The notes beneath the pieces were generated by a model. It did not search any database. It saw only the letters and a program-made list of their open reading frames with translations, and was not told the DNA's origin. Of a stretch of DNA of 64,000 bases, positions 39,358-47,982 are shown one piece after another; position 1 is the stretch's first letter, and the number at the start of each line of letters is the position of its first letter. Location: assembly GCA_017621655.1 (NCBI GenBank), contig JAGASS010000051.1, positions 77,418-141,417 of the forward strand. The letters run 5' to 3'. This DNA is from Clostridia bacterium (lineage in GTDB: Bacteria > Bacillota > Clostridia > Oscillospirales > CAG-272). Made by a program: the position numbers and the translations under genes.

Positions 39358-39386
39358 TTGGACACCTTAACGTGTTATGATATAAT
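39358..39386 (+). promoter_or_regulatory. sigma-A type promoter of XRE-TPR gene
   Basis: TTGGAC, a 17-nt spacer, TGATATAAT (extended -10). Confidence 0.6.
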
Positions 39387-39427
39387 TATTACAGTGATCA
39401 CGAAATATATTTAAAGGAGATAACCTT

Positions 39428-40510
39428 ATGAATATCGGAACAAATATATATACCCTTCGTAAAGAAAAGAAGATTACACAAGCACAGCTTGCCGAAAAGC
39501 TTGGAGTATCGGAACAGGCAATTTCCAAATGGGAAAATAACCAATGTGCTCCAGATGTTAGTATTTTTCCTGTCATTGCGGATTATTTCGGAGTTTCAAT
39601 TGACCGCCTTTTCGGATATCATATGAACAGCTATGCGGAAGATGTCAAAGCAATTATGAAAGCTGCTGACGACAGTATGGATACCTATAAGGAAATCGAG
39701 ATTATCAGCGAGGGCTTAAGAAAATATCCTAACAGTCCCGATTTAAAAAGCTATCTTGCTTTTTCTCTGTCTATGGTCAACAGAATATCGAAGGACGAAA
39801 ATGAAAAAAAGGAAGCTGTAAAAAAAGCAATACAACTCTGTACTGAAGTGATTGATACTTGTGGAGACAACAAGCAAGTAGACAGTGCGCTGAATATGCT
39901 GACACGCATTTATAATGAGACGGGAAACTACGAAAAGGCAAAAGAGTCGATTTTGAAGATCAGCGCAGATGCCTATAGCTCTCGCATTGTAGGCATGGTC
40001 AGTATGCTGGGCTTCAAAAAAAGCTATGCAGATCAAGAGCAATTTGCAGAAGACTCTCTTTGGAAGCTATATTGGACAATGAGCCACGTCTTTGAACATA
40101 TGACTCATTCTTACACGATTAACAAGGACTATGACAAAGCAATTGCTTTCTTCGATGCACACGAAAAATTGCTTTCCGTATTTGATAGGGGTTGCTCGGA
40201 TTTTTATGCTACGTACAAGGTTTATGCCTGTGAAAAGAAGGCACAAGTGTATATGATGATGGGTGATAAGGAAAAATGCCTTGATGAATTGAAGCGGTTC
40301 TTTGCTATTGCCGAACAAGTCAGAGTAGTTGCAAAAAGCAGTGATTTCAATATTGCAGTTCGCAATCCGATGTATTTTTCAAATATCTCCGAGGAAATCG
40401 GAGAGGAATATATGTCAAGTATCTATCCTGAAAAGGCGCTCGGAAAGTACGATGCGTTTTTCGGAGATGATCAAGCATATATTCAGTTTAAAAAAACTGT
40501 TACCGAATAA
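39428..40510 (+). CDS. XRE-family HTH transcriptional regulator with C-terminal TPR-like helical repeat domain
   Basis: The N-terminus LRKEKKITQAQLAEKLGVSEQAISKWENNQ is a Cro/C1-type HTH. The remaining roughly 290 aa is helical-repeat-like. AAAGGAG SD upstream. Confidence 0.8.
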   Translation: MNIGTNIYTLRKEKKITQAQLAEKLGVSEQAISKWENNQCAPDVSIFPVIADYFGVSIDRLFGYHMNSYAEDVKAIMKAADDSMDTYKEIEIISEGLRKYPNSPDLKSYLAFSLSMVNRISKDENEKKEAVKKAIQLCTEVIDTCGDNKQVDSALNMLTRIYNETGNYEKAKESILKISADAYSSRIVGMVSMLGFKKSYADQEQFAEDSLWKLYWTMSHVFEHMTHSYTINKDYDKAIAFFDAHEKLLSVFDRGCSDFYATYKVYACEKKAQVYMMMGDKEKCLDELKRFFAIAEQVRVVAKSSDFNIAVRNPMYFSNISEEIGEEYMSSIYPEKALGKYDAFFGDDQAYIQFKKTVTE

Positions 40511-40517
40511 TTCTCTT

Positions 40518-40547
40518 GCCCCGCTCGTGCGGGGCTTTTCTTTGTTT
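40518..40547 (+). terminator. intrinsic terminator
   Basis: GCCCCGC-TCGT-GCGGGGC followed by TTTTCTTTGTTT. Confidence 0.8.
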
Positions 40548-40550
40548 CCG

Positions 40551-40581
40551 CAAAACAAAAACCTTCTCCAGCAGGAGAAGG
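40551..40581 (-). terminator. intrinsic terminator after ttcA
   Basis: CCTTCTCC-AGCA-GGAGAAGG. On the minus strand it is followed by TTTTTGTTTTG. Confidence 0.7.
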
Positions 40582-40622
40582 CAATTTATTTTAGCGCTAA
40601 TTTTGCAGAGTTTCGAAGAGGG

Positions 40623-41354
40623 TTATCGCTCTTCGGTCTGCTCAAAAAGTCCGCCGCGTTCAACTGCGGTAAACAGGCGGTGCTTAAGTCCTTTATATTC
40701 TTTATCAAGCCCTGCGATCATTGTCTTGACCTTTTCCCTTTCGGTATGACCGTCCTCGGGACAAAGATTCTTAACGAGAGGCAGATCATTTTTGCCCATA
40801 AAGTAACGGACGTCCTTTTCCTCAACGTATATCATCGGGCGAATCAGCGTCAGATCCTTGCGAGATAGATACGTTACGGGCAGAAACGCACCGAGGCGCC
40901 CTTCGTGCAGAAGATTAAGCATAAAGGTCTCGACAACGTCATCGTAATGATGACCGAGGGCAAGCTTGTTACAGCCAAGCTCCTTTGCCGTATCGTGAAG
41001 GATACCGCGTCGCATTTTAGCGCAGAGCGAGCAGGGATTGCTCTCGTTGCGGTAATTGAAAATTACGTTCGCAAGCTGTGTATCGACGAGCTTGAACTCA
41101 CAGCCGCAATCGCGGACAAACCTTTCAAGCGGTGAAAAATCCATTCCATCAAAGCCCATATTCAGCGATATTCCGATAAGCTCGAACTTCTTGGGATAGA
41201 ACATCTGCAGATTCTTTAGCGCGCAGAATAGCGCAAGCGAATCCTTACCGCCCGAAAGGCCTACGGCTATTCGGTCGCCATCTTCTATCATGTTGTATTT
41301 TTCAACTGCGCGTCGTGTGCAGCTTAAAATATGTCTAATTTTGTTAAATTCCAT
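40623..41354 (-). CDS. ttcA: tRNA 2-thiocytidine biosynthesis protein TtcA-like PP-loop ATPase
   Basis: SGGKDS PP-loop (VGLSGGKDSLAL) and CSLCAKMRRG motif, 243 aa. Confidence 0.82.
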   Translation of the reverse strand: MEFNKIRHILSCTRRAVEKYNMIEDGDRIAVGLSGGKDSLALFCALKNLQMFYPKKFELIGISLNMGFDGMDFSPLERFVRDCGCEFKLVDTQLANVIFNYRNESNPCSLCAKMRRGILHDTAKELGCNKLALGHHYDDVVETFMLNLLHEGRLGAFLPVTYLSRKDLTLIRPMIYVEEKDVRYFMGKNDLPLVKNLCPEDGHTEREKVKTMIAGLDKEYKGLKHRLFTAVERGGLFEQTEER

Positions 41355-41424
41355 TGAGCGCCTTTCTTTGTCACTCCGTTTTTTTACGCATATAATAGCA
41401 TTAAAACTTAAACGGAGGAACGTA

Positions 41425-41991
41425 ATGGCAGTTAAAATTTTTATAGATCAGGGTCACAATCCGCGCAACCCAAACGCAGGAGCCGAGGGAAACGGCCTTT
41501 ACGAGCAGGACATAACCTACGAGGTAGGTGTTCAGCTTGCGGACCTGCTTCGAGCGAACCCGAATTTCGAGGTTCGACTCTCGCGAAATTCACCCGACGA
41601 AATACTCGGAACGAGTATCGGAACAAGCTTAAAGGCGCGCACAGATGCGGCAAATAATTGGGGCGCGGACGCATTTATCAGCATACACGCAAACGCGTCA
41701 AACATAGAAAGCGCAAGCGGAAACGAGGGCTACGCGTACTCGCAAAGCTCGCCCGGCTTCGCTCTCGGCGAGAATATTCTCATAGGACTTACAGAATCAA
41801 CGGGACTCAAAAGCCGCGGAATGTTCGTCCGTCCGTCTCTCTACGTTTTAAGGCGGACTAAAATGCCTGCTGTACTTATTGAGCTTGGATTTATAACGAA
41901 TCCCTCTGACGCCGCACTTATGAACGAGCGTCCCGATCTGTTTGCTACGGGAATGTATAACGGTATACTTACCTATTACGGCTTGAATTAA
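41425..41991 (+). CDS. N-acetylmuramoyl-L-alanine amidase (Amidase_3 family), no obvious signal peptide
   Basis: IFIDQGHN, ISIHANAS and VLIELGFITN blocks. The start is MAVKIF with GGAGGAA upstream (the ORF-track extension overlaps ttcA). Its stop overlaps the stop of the convergent gene at a TTAA palindrome. Confidence 0.82.
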   Translation: MAVKIFIDQGHNPRNPNAGAEGNGLYEQDITYEVGVQLADLLRANPNFEVRLSRNSPDEILGTSIGTSLKARTDAANNWGADAFISIHANASNIESASGNEGYAYSQSSPGFALGENILIGLTESTGLKSRGMFVRPSLYVLRRTKMPAVLIELGFITNPSDAALMNERPDLFATGMYNGILTYYGLN

Positions 41992-42686
41992 CCCTCGGGG
42001 GCAAATTCGATCATAGCACGGAAAACCTTTTTTGAGTAGCTATATATATTATTTGCTTCTTTACGCCCCATCATTGACGACGTCGTCGGCATAACTCTGA
42101 AGCAAACTATCGTATCCTCGGGAAGCTTTCCGACAGAATCGGTAAAGAAGTTATAAAATTCAAGGTCACGCAGATAAATCGAATATTCGTCGATAGCATT
42201 GTCGGGCATATATCCGAGAACCTTAGAAAGCGGAACGATAGCTTTATTGCTTTTAAGAATATCGTACCAATGCTTATCAATAAGGCAAATGTATCCGTCG
42301 CCCGCTACGGCGCTCGTAAACTTATTTCTTGCTTGGTCGACTGTATAAGGTGCGTATTTTATAAGCAGATCTTCGTCTTCGGACTCGCCTGTAGCATCGC
42401 GTATCTGCTCGTCGGTAAAGGCAGGAATATCCATAATATCCGCCGACTTTTTACCGTCACCGTTATAATCGTCCATTATCTGCTCAAAGGCATCGGATAA
42501 CGCATCCTTTTCATTTATCTCGAAGATATGAGGGCCTGTATACATTATCCTTACGTCATGCTTTTCCTGCGTTGAGCACTGAACGAAGCATATAGTAAGT
42601 ATCACGGCAAAAGCGCCGATCACTATAACGCCCCATTTATAATAGTACCAATAATTATGAAACCAATCTTTTATTTTCGTAAACAC
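41988..42686 (-). CDS. hypothetical single-TM protein
   Basis: 232 aa. GTG start with GGGAGA 5 nt upstream, N-terminal TM WGVIVIGAFAVILTICFV. I recognise no motif. Confidence 0.5.
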   Translation of the reverse strand: MFTKIKDWFHNYWYYYKWGVIVIGAFAVILTICFVQCSTQEKHDVRIMYTGPHIFEINEKDALSDAFEQIMDDYNGDGKKSADIMDIPAFTDEQIRDATGESEDEDLLIKYAPYTVDQARNKFTSAVAGDGYICLIDKHWYDILKSNKAIVPLSKVLGYMPDNAIDEYSIYLRDLEFYNFFTDSVGKLPEDTIVCFRVMPTTSSMMGRKEANNIYSYSKKVFRAMIEFAPEG

Positions 42687-42805
42687 GTCGATCTCCCATT
42701 AATGATTTACACATTAAAGTATACCATATGTAAGTATTCATTTCAAGAATAAAACAAAAAAGTAACAAATATTTGAAAAAAGCAGATATTTTTTCAATAT
42801 TTCTC

Positions 42806-42834
42806 TTTACGAATCGAGCCGAAAGTGCTATACT
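42806..42834 (+). promoter_or_regulatory. candidate sigma-A promoter of mgtE leader
   Basis: TTTACG, a 17-nt spacer, TGCTATACT (extended -10). Confidence 0.5.
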
Positions 42835-42840
42835 GTAAAA

Positions 42841-42993
42841 AAATCCAAAGAAGAGGTGAGCATTAATGGACGCAGGCAGTAATCCCGACGGGTGTAATCA
42901 GTGCTTTGTAATAATAGACTTTTTTGCTCACGGTATAGTTATCTGAATTTAGATTTCTTTCGTGCGCAGGATCGTCTGCGCACTTTTTATTTC
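42841..42993 (+). promoter_or_regulatory. structured mgtE leader with uORF and intrinsic terminator (attenuator or riboswitch-like element, class unassigned)
   Basis: GTGAGCA (42856-42862) pairs with TGCTCAC (42925-42931). A 26-codon ORF (42866-42946) follows SD GAGGTGA. The hairpin GTGCGCAG-GATCGT-CTGCGCAC plus TTTTTATTT lies at 42962-42993, 50 nt before the mgtE ATG. Confidence 0.55.
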
Positions 42994-43043
42994 TGTCGGT
43001 ACTACCTTAACACTACTCTATTAAAAGAAAGGAAAGTACCGAA

Positions 43044-44411
43044 ATGGAAAATAACATTCTCGACCTTGAGCTTGCTCAAGGACTTTACGAAGAGAAAAAA
43101 TTCGGCGAGCTCGGACGTCTGCTAAAGACTGCAGAGCCGGCGGACATCGCTTTGCTCTTTGATATGATAGATGAAGAGCAGCATCGCCTTATTTTCCGCC
43201 TGCTCCCGAAGGAGCTTGCGGCGGAGGTTTTCGTCGAAATGGACCCCGACACGCAGGAGGCACTTATCAACGCCTTCACAGATAAGGAGCTTCAGTCGGT
43301 CCTTGACGAGCTTTATCTTGACGATACCGTCGACATCGTAGAAGAGATGCCGGCAAACGTCGTTACGCGTATTCTCAAAAACTCACATCCCGACAGCCGC
43401 AAGGCAATAAATCAGCTTCTTTCTTATTCGGGCGACACGGCGGGAAGCATAATGACGATAGAATTCGTCAGTCTCCGCCCGAGCATGACCGTTGAAGAAG
43501 CATTTATACATCTTCGCAAAACGGGAACGGAAAGCGAAAGCATTTACACCTGCTACGTAACCGAAAACAAAAAGCTTCTCGGTGTCGTTTCCGTATACAC
43601 GCTGATTTTGTCTGATAAAGACGCGAAAATAAGCGATATAATGAACCCGAACGTAATAGCGGTAAACACGTCGGAGGACAGAGCTGAAGCGGCTAATCTT
43701 CTGATGAAGTACGACTTCCTTGCCCTACCCGTCGTTGACAACGAAAACCGCCTTGTCGGTATCATTACGATCGACGACGCTGTAGACGTCATAAGTGAAG
43801 AGGACGAAGAGGATATTGCTAAGATGTCGGCTATCACACCGACAGACCGCCCCTATATCAAAACGTCGCCGTTCAAAATATTCCTGACCCGTATTCCGTG
43901 GCTTATGATACTTATGCTCTCGGCAACCTTTACGGGAATAATCATTTCGTCCTTTGAAAAAGCACTTGCAGTTCAGGTCGCTCTGACTGCGTTTATCCCG
44001 ATGATAATGGGTACGGGCGGTAACGCGGGAAGCCAGGCATCGGTCACCGTCATTCGAGGTCTTTCACTCGGTGAGCTTGGTTATTCGGACGTATTCAGGA
44101 TAATGTTCAAGGAGTTGCGAGTTTCTATCCTCTGCGGAGGTGCTGTTGCTATCGCTACGTTTGTGAAGATCATACTTATTGATAATCTTCTTTTAGGAAG
44201 CGGTATATCTTTGACAGTCGCGCTCGTAGTAGCGCTTACTATGGCGTTCACGATATTTATAGCAAAGCTTATCGGATGCTCTCTGCCGCTTCTTGCAGGC
44301 AAGCTCGGTCTTGACCCTGCAGTTATGGCGAGTCCCTTTATAACGACTATCGTCGACGCTCTTTCCCTGCTCGTATATTTCGGCGTTGCGAGCGCGATCC
44401 TTAATATCTAA
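43044..44411 (+). CDS. mgtE: magnesium transporter MgtE
   Basis: An N-domain, a CBS pair (SIMTIEFVSL... and ISDIMNPNVIAV...) and a C-terminal 5-TM domain with GNAGSQ. Confidence 0.92.
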   Translation: MENNILDLELAQGLYEEKKFGELGRLLKTAEPADIALLFDMIDEEQHRLIFRLLPKELAAEVFVEMDPDTQEALINAFTDKELQSVLDELYLDDTVDIVEEMPANVVTRILKNSHPDSRKAINQLLSYSGDTAGSIMTIEFVSLRPSMTVEEAFIHLRKTGTESESIYTCYVTENKKLLGVVSVYTLILSDKDAKISDIMNPNVIAVNTSEDRAEAANLLMKYDFLALPVVDNENRLVGIITIDDAVDVISEEDEEDIAKMSAITPTDRPYIKTSPFKIFLTRIPWLMILMLSATFTGIIISSFEKALAVQVALTAFIPMIMGTGGNAGSQASVTVIRGLSLGELGYSDVFRIMFKELRVSILCGGAVAIATFVKIILIDNLLLGSGISLTVALVVALTMAFTIFIAKLIGCSLPLLAGKLGLDPAVMASPFITTIVDALSLLVYFGVASAILNI

Positions 44412-44423
44412 AGGAGACATAAA

Positions 44424-45896
44424 ATGAACGAATCAACTCTCCCCCTTACGCTGAATAATGACCACTGGACGGTAACGGCAATAATGCTCACTGCGTTCAC
44501 CGACGATATAGATACTCCCGTCCGCAAAACCGAGCTTAATCTTCATCGCGGACAGCTTGGTGAGAAGCTTGAAGGAAACATTTTCTTTCTTGAAAATGAA
44601 CACGACGGCAACGCTTACGTTATCATAACCGACTGTCCCGATAACGAAAGAGCTGTTTTGACGGTAAACGATTTCACCGTCGACCTTAACTGCGGAACTA
44701 ACCCTGTGGCTATAGTACCCTGCAAAAAAGGCGAGTGTTACGAGGCATGCCGAACCGAATACAAGAAAAGAATGGCGAACCGTCCTCTAATTTCCATGTC
44801 TAACACTTGGGGAGACCGAAACGGATTTTCACGAGTCTCTGAAGCATTTGTAATGCGCGAGATCGACAAGGCGGCGGTCCTTGGTCTTGACGTTGTGCAG
44901 ATAGATGACGGCTGGCAGGTCGGTAACACAGCAGATCCTTCTATTCTCGATTCAAAAAACCGCCGAATCTTCGATGACTATTTCTGGCAGCTTAATACCG
45001 AGCGTTTTCCGAACGGTATACGTTTCCTTTCGGATTATGCCGCTAAAAAGGGTGTAAAGCTCGGTCTTTGGTTTGCGCCCGACAGCAGAGAACATTTTAC
45101 CCGCGCCGAGCGAGATATTGCGATACTAAAAAATGCTTACGATAATTGGGGCGCGAGATTTTTCAAGCTCGATATGTACTGGATAGAATGCGACGAGGAC
45201 AGGGACGCTTTTCTATCGCTTCTTAAGGCAGTTTACGACTTCGGAGACGACGTCTTCGTGCAGATAGACGTAACGACACCTGCGCGTATCAACTATCTGT
45301 GCGGTCGTGAGTACGGTACGATTTTTGTTGAAAACCGCTACACAAAATGGAGAACGTACTATCCAAACAGAACGCTAAAAAACCTTTGGCTTCTTTCAAG
45401 CTGTATTCCCGCATCAAAGCTTCAGTTCGAGCTTGTAAACTCGGGGCTTAATGCTGACTGCTATGATGAAAACGACGACTTCGCACCGTCTAAATACGAT
45501 ATCGACTATCTGTTTGCTTCCGTTATGCTCTCGAATCCCCTCTTTTGGATGGAGCTTCAGTTTCTTTCCGACGAGAATACAGAGAAGCTGAAAAAGATAA
45601 TAGGTTTCTGGCATTCTTACCGAGATATTTTCCGTAACTCAGACGTTTCGCCTATTGGCGAAAAGCCGTCAGGCAGAAGCTTCACGGGCTTCCGTATTAA
45701 AAACGGAAACGATCAATACGCGCTCTTATTCAGAGAAGCAACATTCAGCGATAGCGGCGTTTACGTAATGCCGAGAAACATTAATAGCGCTGAAGTTTTA
45801 CTGAGTAATGCTGACGTTTCGATAGAAACCATTGGCAACGCATTAAAAGCAACCTTTTCAAAGCCGCGCTCTTACGCATTTATCAAGTTTCATTAA
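44424..45896 (+). CDS. glycoside hydrolase, alpha-galactosidase-like (clan GH-D, GH36/GH27-related)
   Basis: NTWGDRNG, VVQIDDGWQ, GLWFAPD and FFKLDMYW resemble melibiase-type TIM-barrel blocks. AGGAG SD upstream. Confidence 0.5.
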   Translation: MNESTLPLTLNNDHWTVTAIMLTAFTDDIDTPVRKTELNLHRGQLGEKLEGNIFFLENEHDGNAYVIITDCPDNERAVLTVNDFTVDLNCGTNPVAIVPCKKGECYEACRTEYKKRMANRPLISMSNTWGDRNGFSRVSEAFVMREIDKAAVLGLDVVQIDDGWQVGNTADPSILDSKNRRIFDDYFWQLNTERFPNGIRFLSDYAAKKGVKLGLWFAPDSREHFTRAERDIAILKNAYDNWGARFFKLDMYWIECDEDRDAFLSLLKAVYDFGDDVFVQIDVTTPARINYLCGREYGTIFVENRYTKWRTYYPNRTLKNLWLLSSCIPASKLQFELVNSGLNADCYDENDDFAPSKYDIDYLFASVMLSNPLFWMELQFLSDENTEKLKKIIGFWHSYRDIFRNSDVSPIGEKPSGRSFTGFRIKNGNDQYALLFREATFSDSGVYVMPRNINSAEVLLSNADVSIETIGNALKATFSKPRSYAFIKFH

Positions 45897-45901
45897 ACGA
45901 A

Positions 45902-45933
45902 AATGTCCCCCCGATAATCGGGGGGCATTTTTA
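45902..45933. terminator. intrinsic terminator between convergent genes
   Basis: CCCCCCG-ATAAT-CGGGGGG followed by CATTTTT. Confidence 0.75.
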
Positions 45934-47751
45934 CTTCAGTATCGTTTCTGCAATTTCTGCGGACGTAATTCCGTGAATCTTACAGCTCGTATTATCAATG
46001 ACTGAGATCAAGTCGTTAAGTGACAGTCGACAACCGTTAAGAGCTTCTTCAAGCAACGCTATCTCGCCGTCAGCAAAGAAGTCGCCGTTGATTCTCGCAT
46101 CCTTTATAACGCCGTTTTCGGAGTCGAAGGAGATCTGAATGCTTCCGCCGTCAAATCTTGCGCTCACTGTCTTTGAAAGCGCCTTGGAGCTTCCGTAAAC
46201 GTATTCCCACGACGAATATTTTTCGTCTGCGAGAAGCTTGATCTCGGATTTATCCTTATCAGTAAGTTCAAGGCGTCTGCCCCATAGCTTATCAGTCAAT
46301 ATGCAATCAATCATACTGACGGTAACGTAGGGATAAACGTCCTTTATGTTCGTCACACGGCTTCTTACGCTACTTATACCCTTGCTCGTCAGCTTTTCAG
46401 CATTCACGTTAAGCACCGAAGAAAGCACGTCGGCATCGACGTCTACAAGCAGTGTGCCGTGATGAAGCACCTTGCCGTATTTACGGCACTGCGCACTTCC
46501 AGAGATCTTTTTACCGCCCATAAGCAAATCGTTTCTACCCGAGATCTCAGTCTCGATTCCAAGCGAAGCAAGGGCTTCCTTGATAGGCGCGAGGAAGCGA
46601 GCAAAATCAATACCGTTACCGTCATCCTTGACTATAAAGGTAAAATTAAGATTACCGCTGTCGTGGTAGACTGCACCGCCTCCGCTCATTCTGCGGACAA
46701 CTGAAATTCCGTTCTTCTCGGCATAAGGAATATTGACCTCTGCATACGCGTTCTGATAGCGACCTATAACGACCGTCGGACTGTTCTGCCAAAGGACAAT
46801 TACGTCCTCATCACAGTTCTTCATAAGCCATTCCTCAAGCGCGAGATTATAAAACGGATCGGTTGAGGAATTGTGTAGAAGTCTGTGCTGAGAAGTCCAT
46901 ACGTTATGCGATTGCTTCGCGCGCTTCAGATGCTCGGAGGGATGGGTGCCGAAAATACCCTTAAAGGTCTTGGAAAAGTGTGCCGGTGTGATAAAGCCAC
47001 TCATGTCGCATATCTCGGCTATCGTGTACTTCTTCGACCCCAAAAGCTCCTTTGCGAATTCACATCTTGTACGGTTAATGAACTCAACAGGAGTAAGTCC
47101 CGTTGACTTTTTGAATTCGCGGCAAAAATGATAGCGCGAAAGTCCAGCCGCGTCCGACACCTCTTCAAGTGAGAGATCGCGTCTGAAATTCTGCTTGATA
47201 TAATTTATTGAATACTTTATCTTCTTTAGCGTTTTGCTTTCCTTTTCGCTATTCGTATCCTTAACGGTGTAATCACGGCACATACGAACGCAAAGCTCTG
47301 CAACTATTGACTTTACTATAACGCTTTTGAACTTATCGTCATGGTGCCACTCAATGCAGATCTTATCAAAAAGCTCGCTGAAGCATGGTGACGCGATCTT
47401 ATCCTCAAAGCAGACCTCGTCAGTATCAATGCCTATCGAATATAGAAAATCGTTATCGATGATAAGACAATGATAACGAAATTCACTTTCGGTGGTCGAA
47501 TAATGTATTCTGTTCGTATTTATAACCGCCATTTCACCGGGCACGAGCTGAATCGCCTTCATATCGGAATAAACAGTCCCCGAGCCGGAAATGCACATAA
47601 GTATTTCAAGCTCCTTATGCTTATTTGCGTGATGCTGAGGCGAATTTATAACGCAGTCTGTATGAAAAACAAAAGGGAGCGCGCGGTGAGAGAGCATGTG
47701 CGTCTCTAAAGTAGCTTCACGGCTCACAGTATCCAGCAGATTTTGATCCAT
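45931..47751 (-). CDS. fusion protein: AraC-family regulator (cupin + AraC/XylS HTH) joined in frame to lipoate-protein ligase A
   Basis: N-terminal half: a cupin-like segment (ELEILMCISGSGTVY...PGEMAVINTNRIHY) and the dual HTH (LSLEEVSDAAGLSRYHFCREFKKSTGLTPVEFINRTR...IAEICDMSGFITPAHFSKTFK). C-terminal half: LplA blocks DPFYNLALEEWL, RRMSGGGAVYHDSGNLNFTF, GGKKISGSAQ and the C-terminal accessory domain (EKYSSWEYVYG). There is no in-frame stop or start in the roughly 18-residue linker (46870-46923). I place the start at MDQNLL. Confidence 0.8.
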   Translation of the reverse strand: MDQNLLDTVSREATLETHMLSHRALPFVFHTDCVINSPQHHANKHKELEILMCISGSGTVYSDMKAIQLVPGEMAVINTNRIHYSTTESEFRYHCLIIDNDFLYSIGIDTDEVCFEDKIASPCFSELFDKICIEWHHDDKFKSVIVKSIVAELCVRMCRDYTVKDTNSEKESKTLKKIKYSINYIKQNFRRDLSLEEVSDAAGLSRYHFCREFKKSTGLTPVEFINRTRCEFAKELLGSKKYTIAEICDMSGFITPAHFSKTFKGIFGTHPSEHLKRAKQSHNVWTSQHRLLHNSSTDPFYNLALEEWLMKNCDEDVIVLWQNSPTVVIGRYQNAYAEVNIPYAEKNGISVVRRMSGGGAVYHDSGNLNFTFIVKDDGNGIDFARFLAPIKEALASLGIETEISGRNDLLMGGKKISGSAQCRKYGKVLHHGTLLVDVDADVLSSVLNVNAEKLTSKGISSVRSRVTNIKDVYPYVTVSMIDCILTDKLWGRRLELTDKDKSEIKLLADEKYSSWEYVYGSSKALSKTVSARFDGGSIQISFDSENGVIKDARINGDFFADGEIALLEEALNGCRLSLNDLISVIDNTSCKIHGITSAEIAETILK

Positions 47752-47982
47752 ATGTGTTTTCCCTTTCAAAACAGCAATTTCAACGCAAATATAGCACAAA
47801 AAGAGCTATTTGTCAATGATTTTCGGCAATTTATAGCGCATTTTATGACGAATTTTTTTGAACGCGAACGCCAAAAAATCGAGCGTTCTTTTTTTGTTCT
47901 CTTTTATATCGAACATTGTCGAAAATTTGTTCTATTACGCAAAAAATATTAGAATTTGTCGTCAAAATAGTGGGTTTTTCTA

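Noticed and set aside
42841-42993. Calling the mgtE leader a canonical M-box (ykoK) Mg2+ riboswitch.
   Set aside because: Only short islands resemble M-box conserved strings, and the candidate aptamer (about 80-120 nt) is much shorter than the roughly 160-nt three-helix M-box. It is kept as an unassigned structured leader instead.
42901-43125. 74-aa ORF spanning the mgtE leader and the mgtE start.
   Set aside because: It runs through the terminator hairpin and overlaps mgtE out of frame. It has no SD, and its sequence is low-complexity.
46870-46923. Reading the AraC::LplA ORF as two adjacent genes with a missed stop and start.
   Set aside because: Both domains are in the same frame on either side of the linker. 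A TAA...ATG pair nearby (CATAACGTATGG) is in a different frame and would need two compensating frameshifts. A sequencing error cannot be excluded without reads, so the caveat is kept in the finding.
47860-47895. Weak hairpin GAACGC...GCGTTC plus a T7 run upstream of the mraZ promoter as a terminator.
   Set aside because: The stem is only 6 bp with an 11-nt A-rich loop, and no upstream co-directional gene needs terminating. It was judged too weak to annotate.
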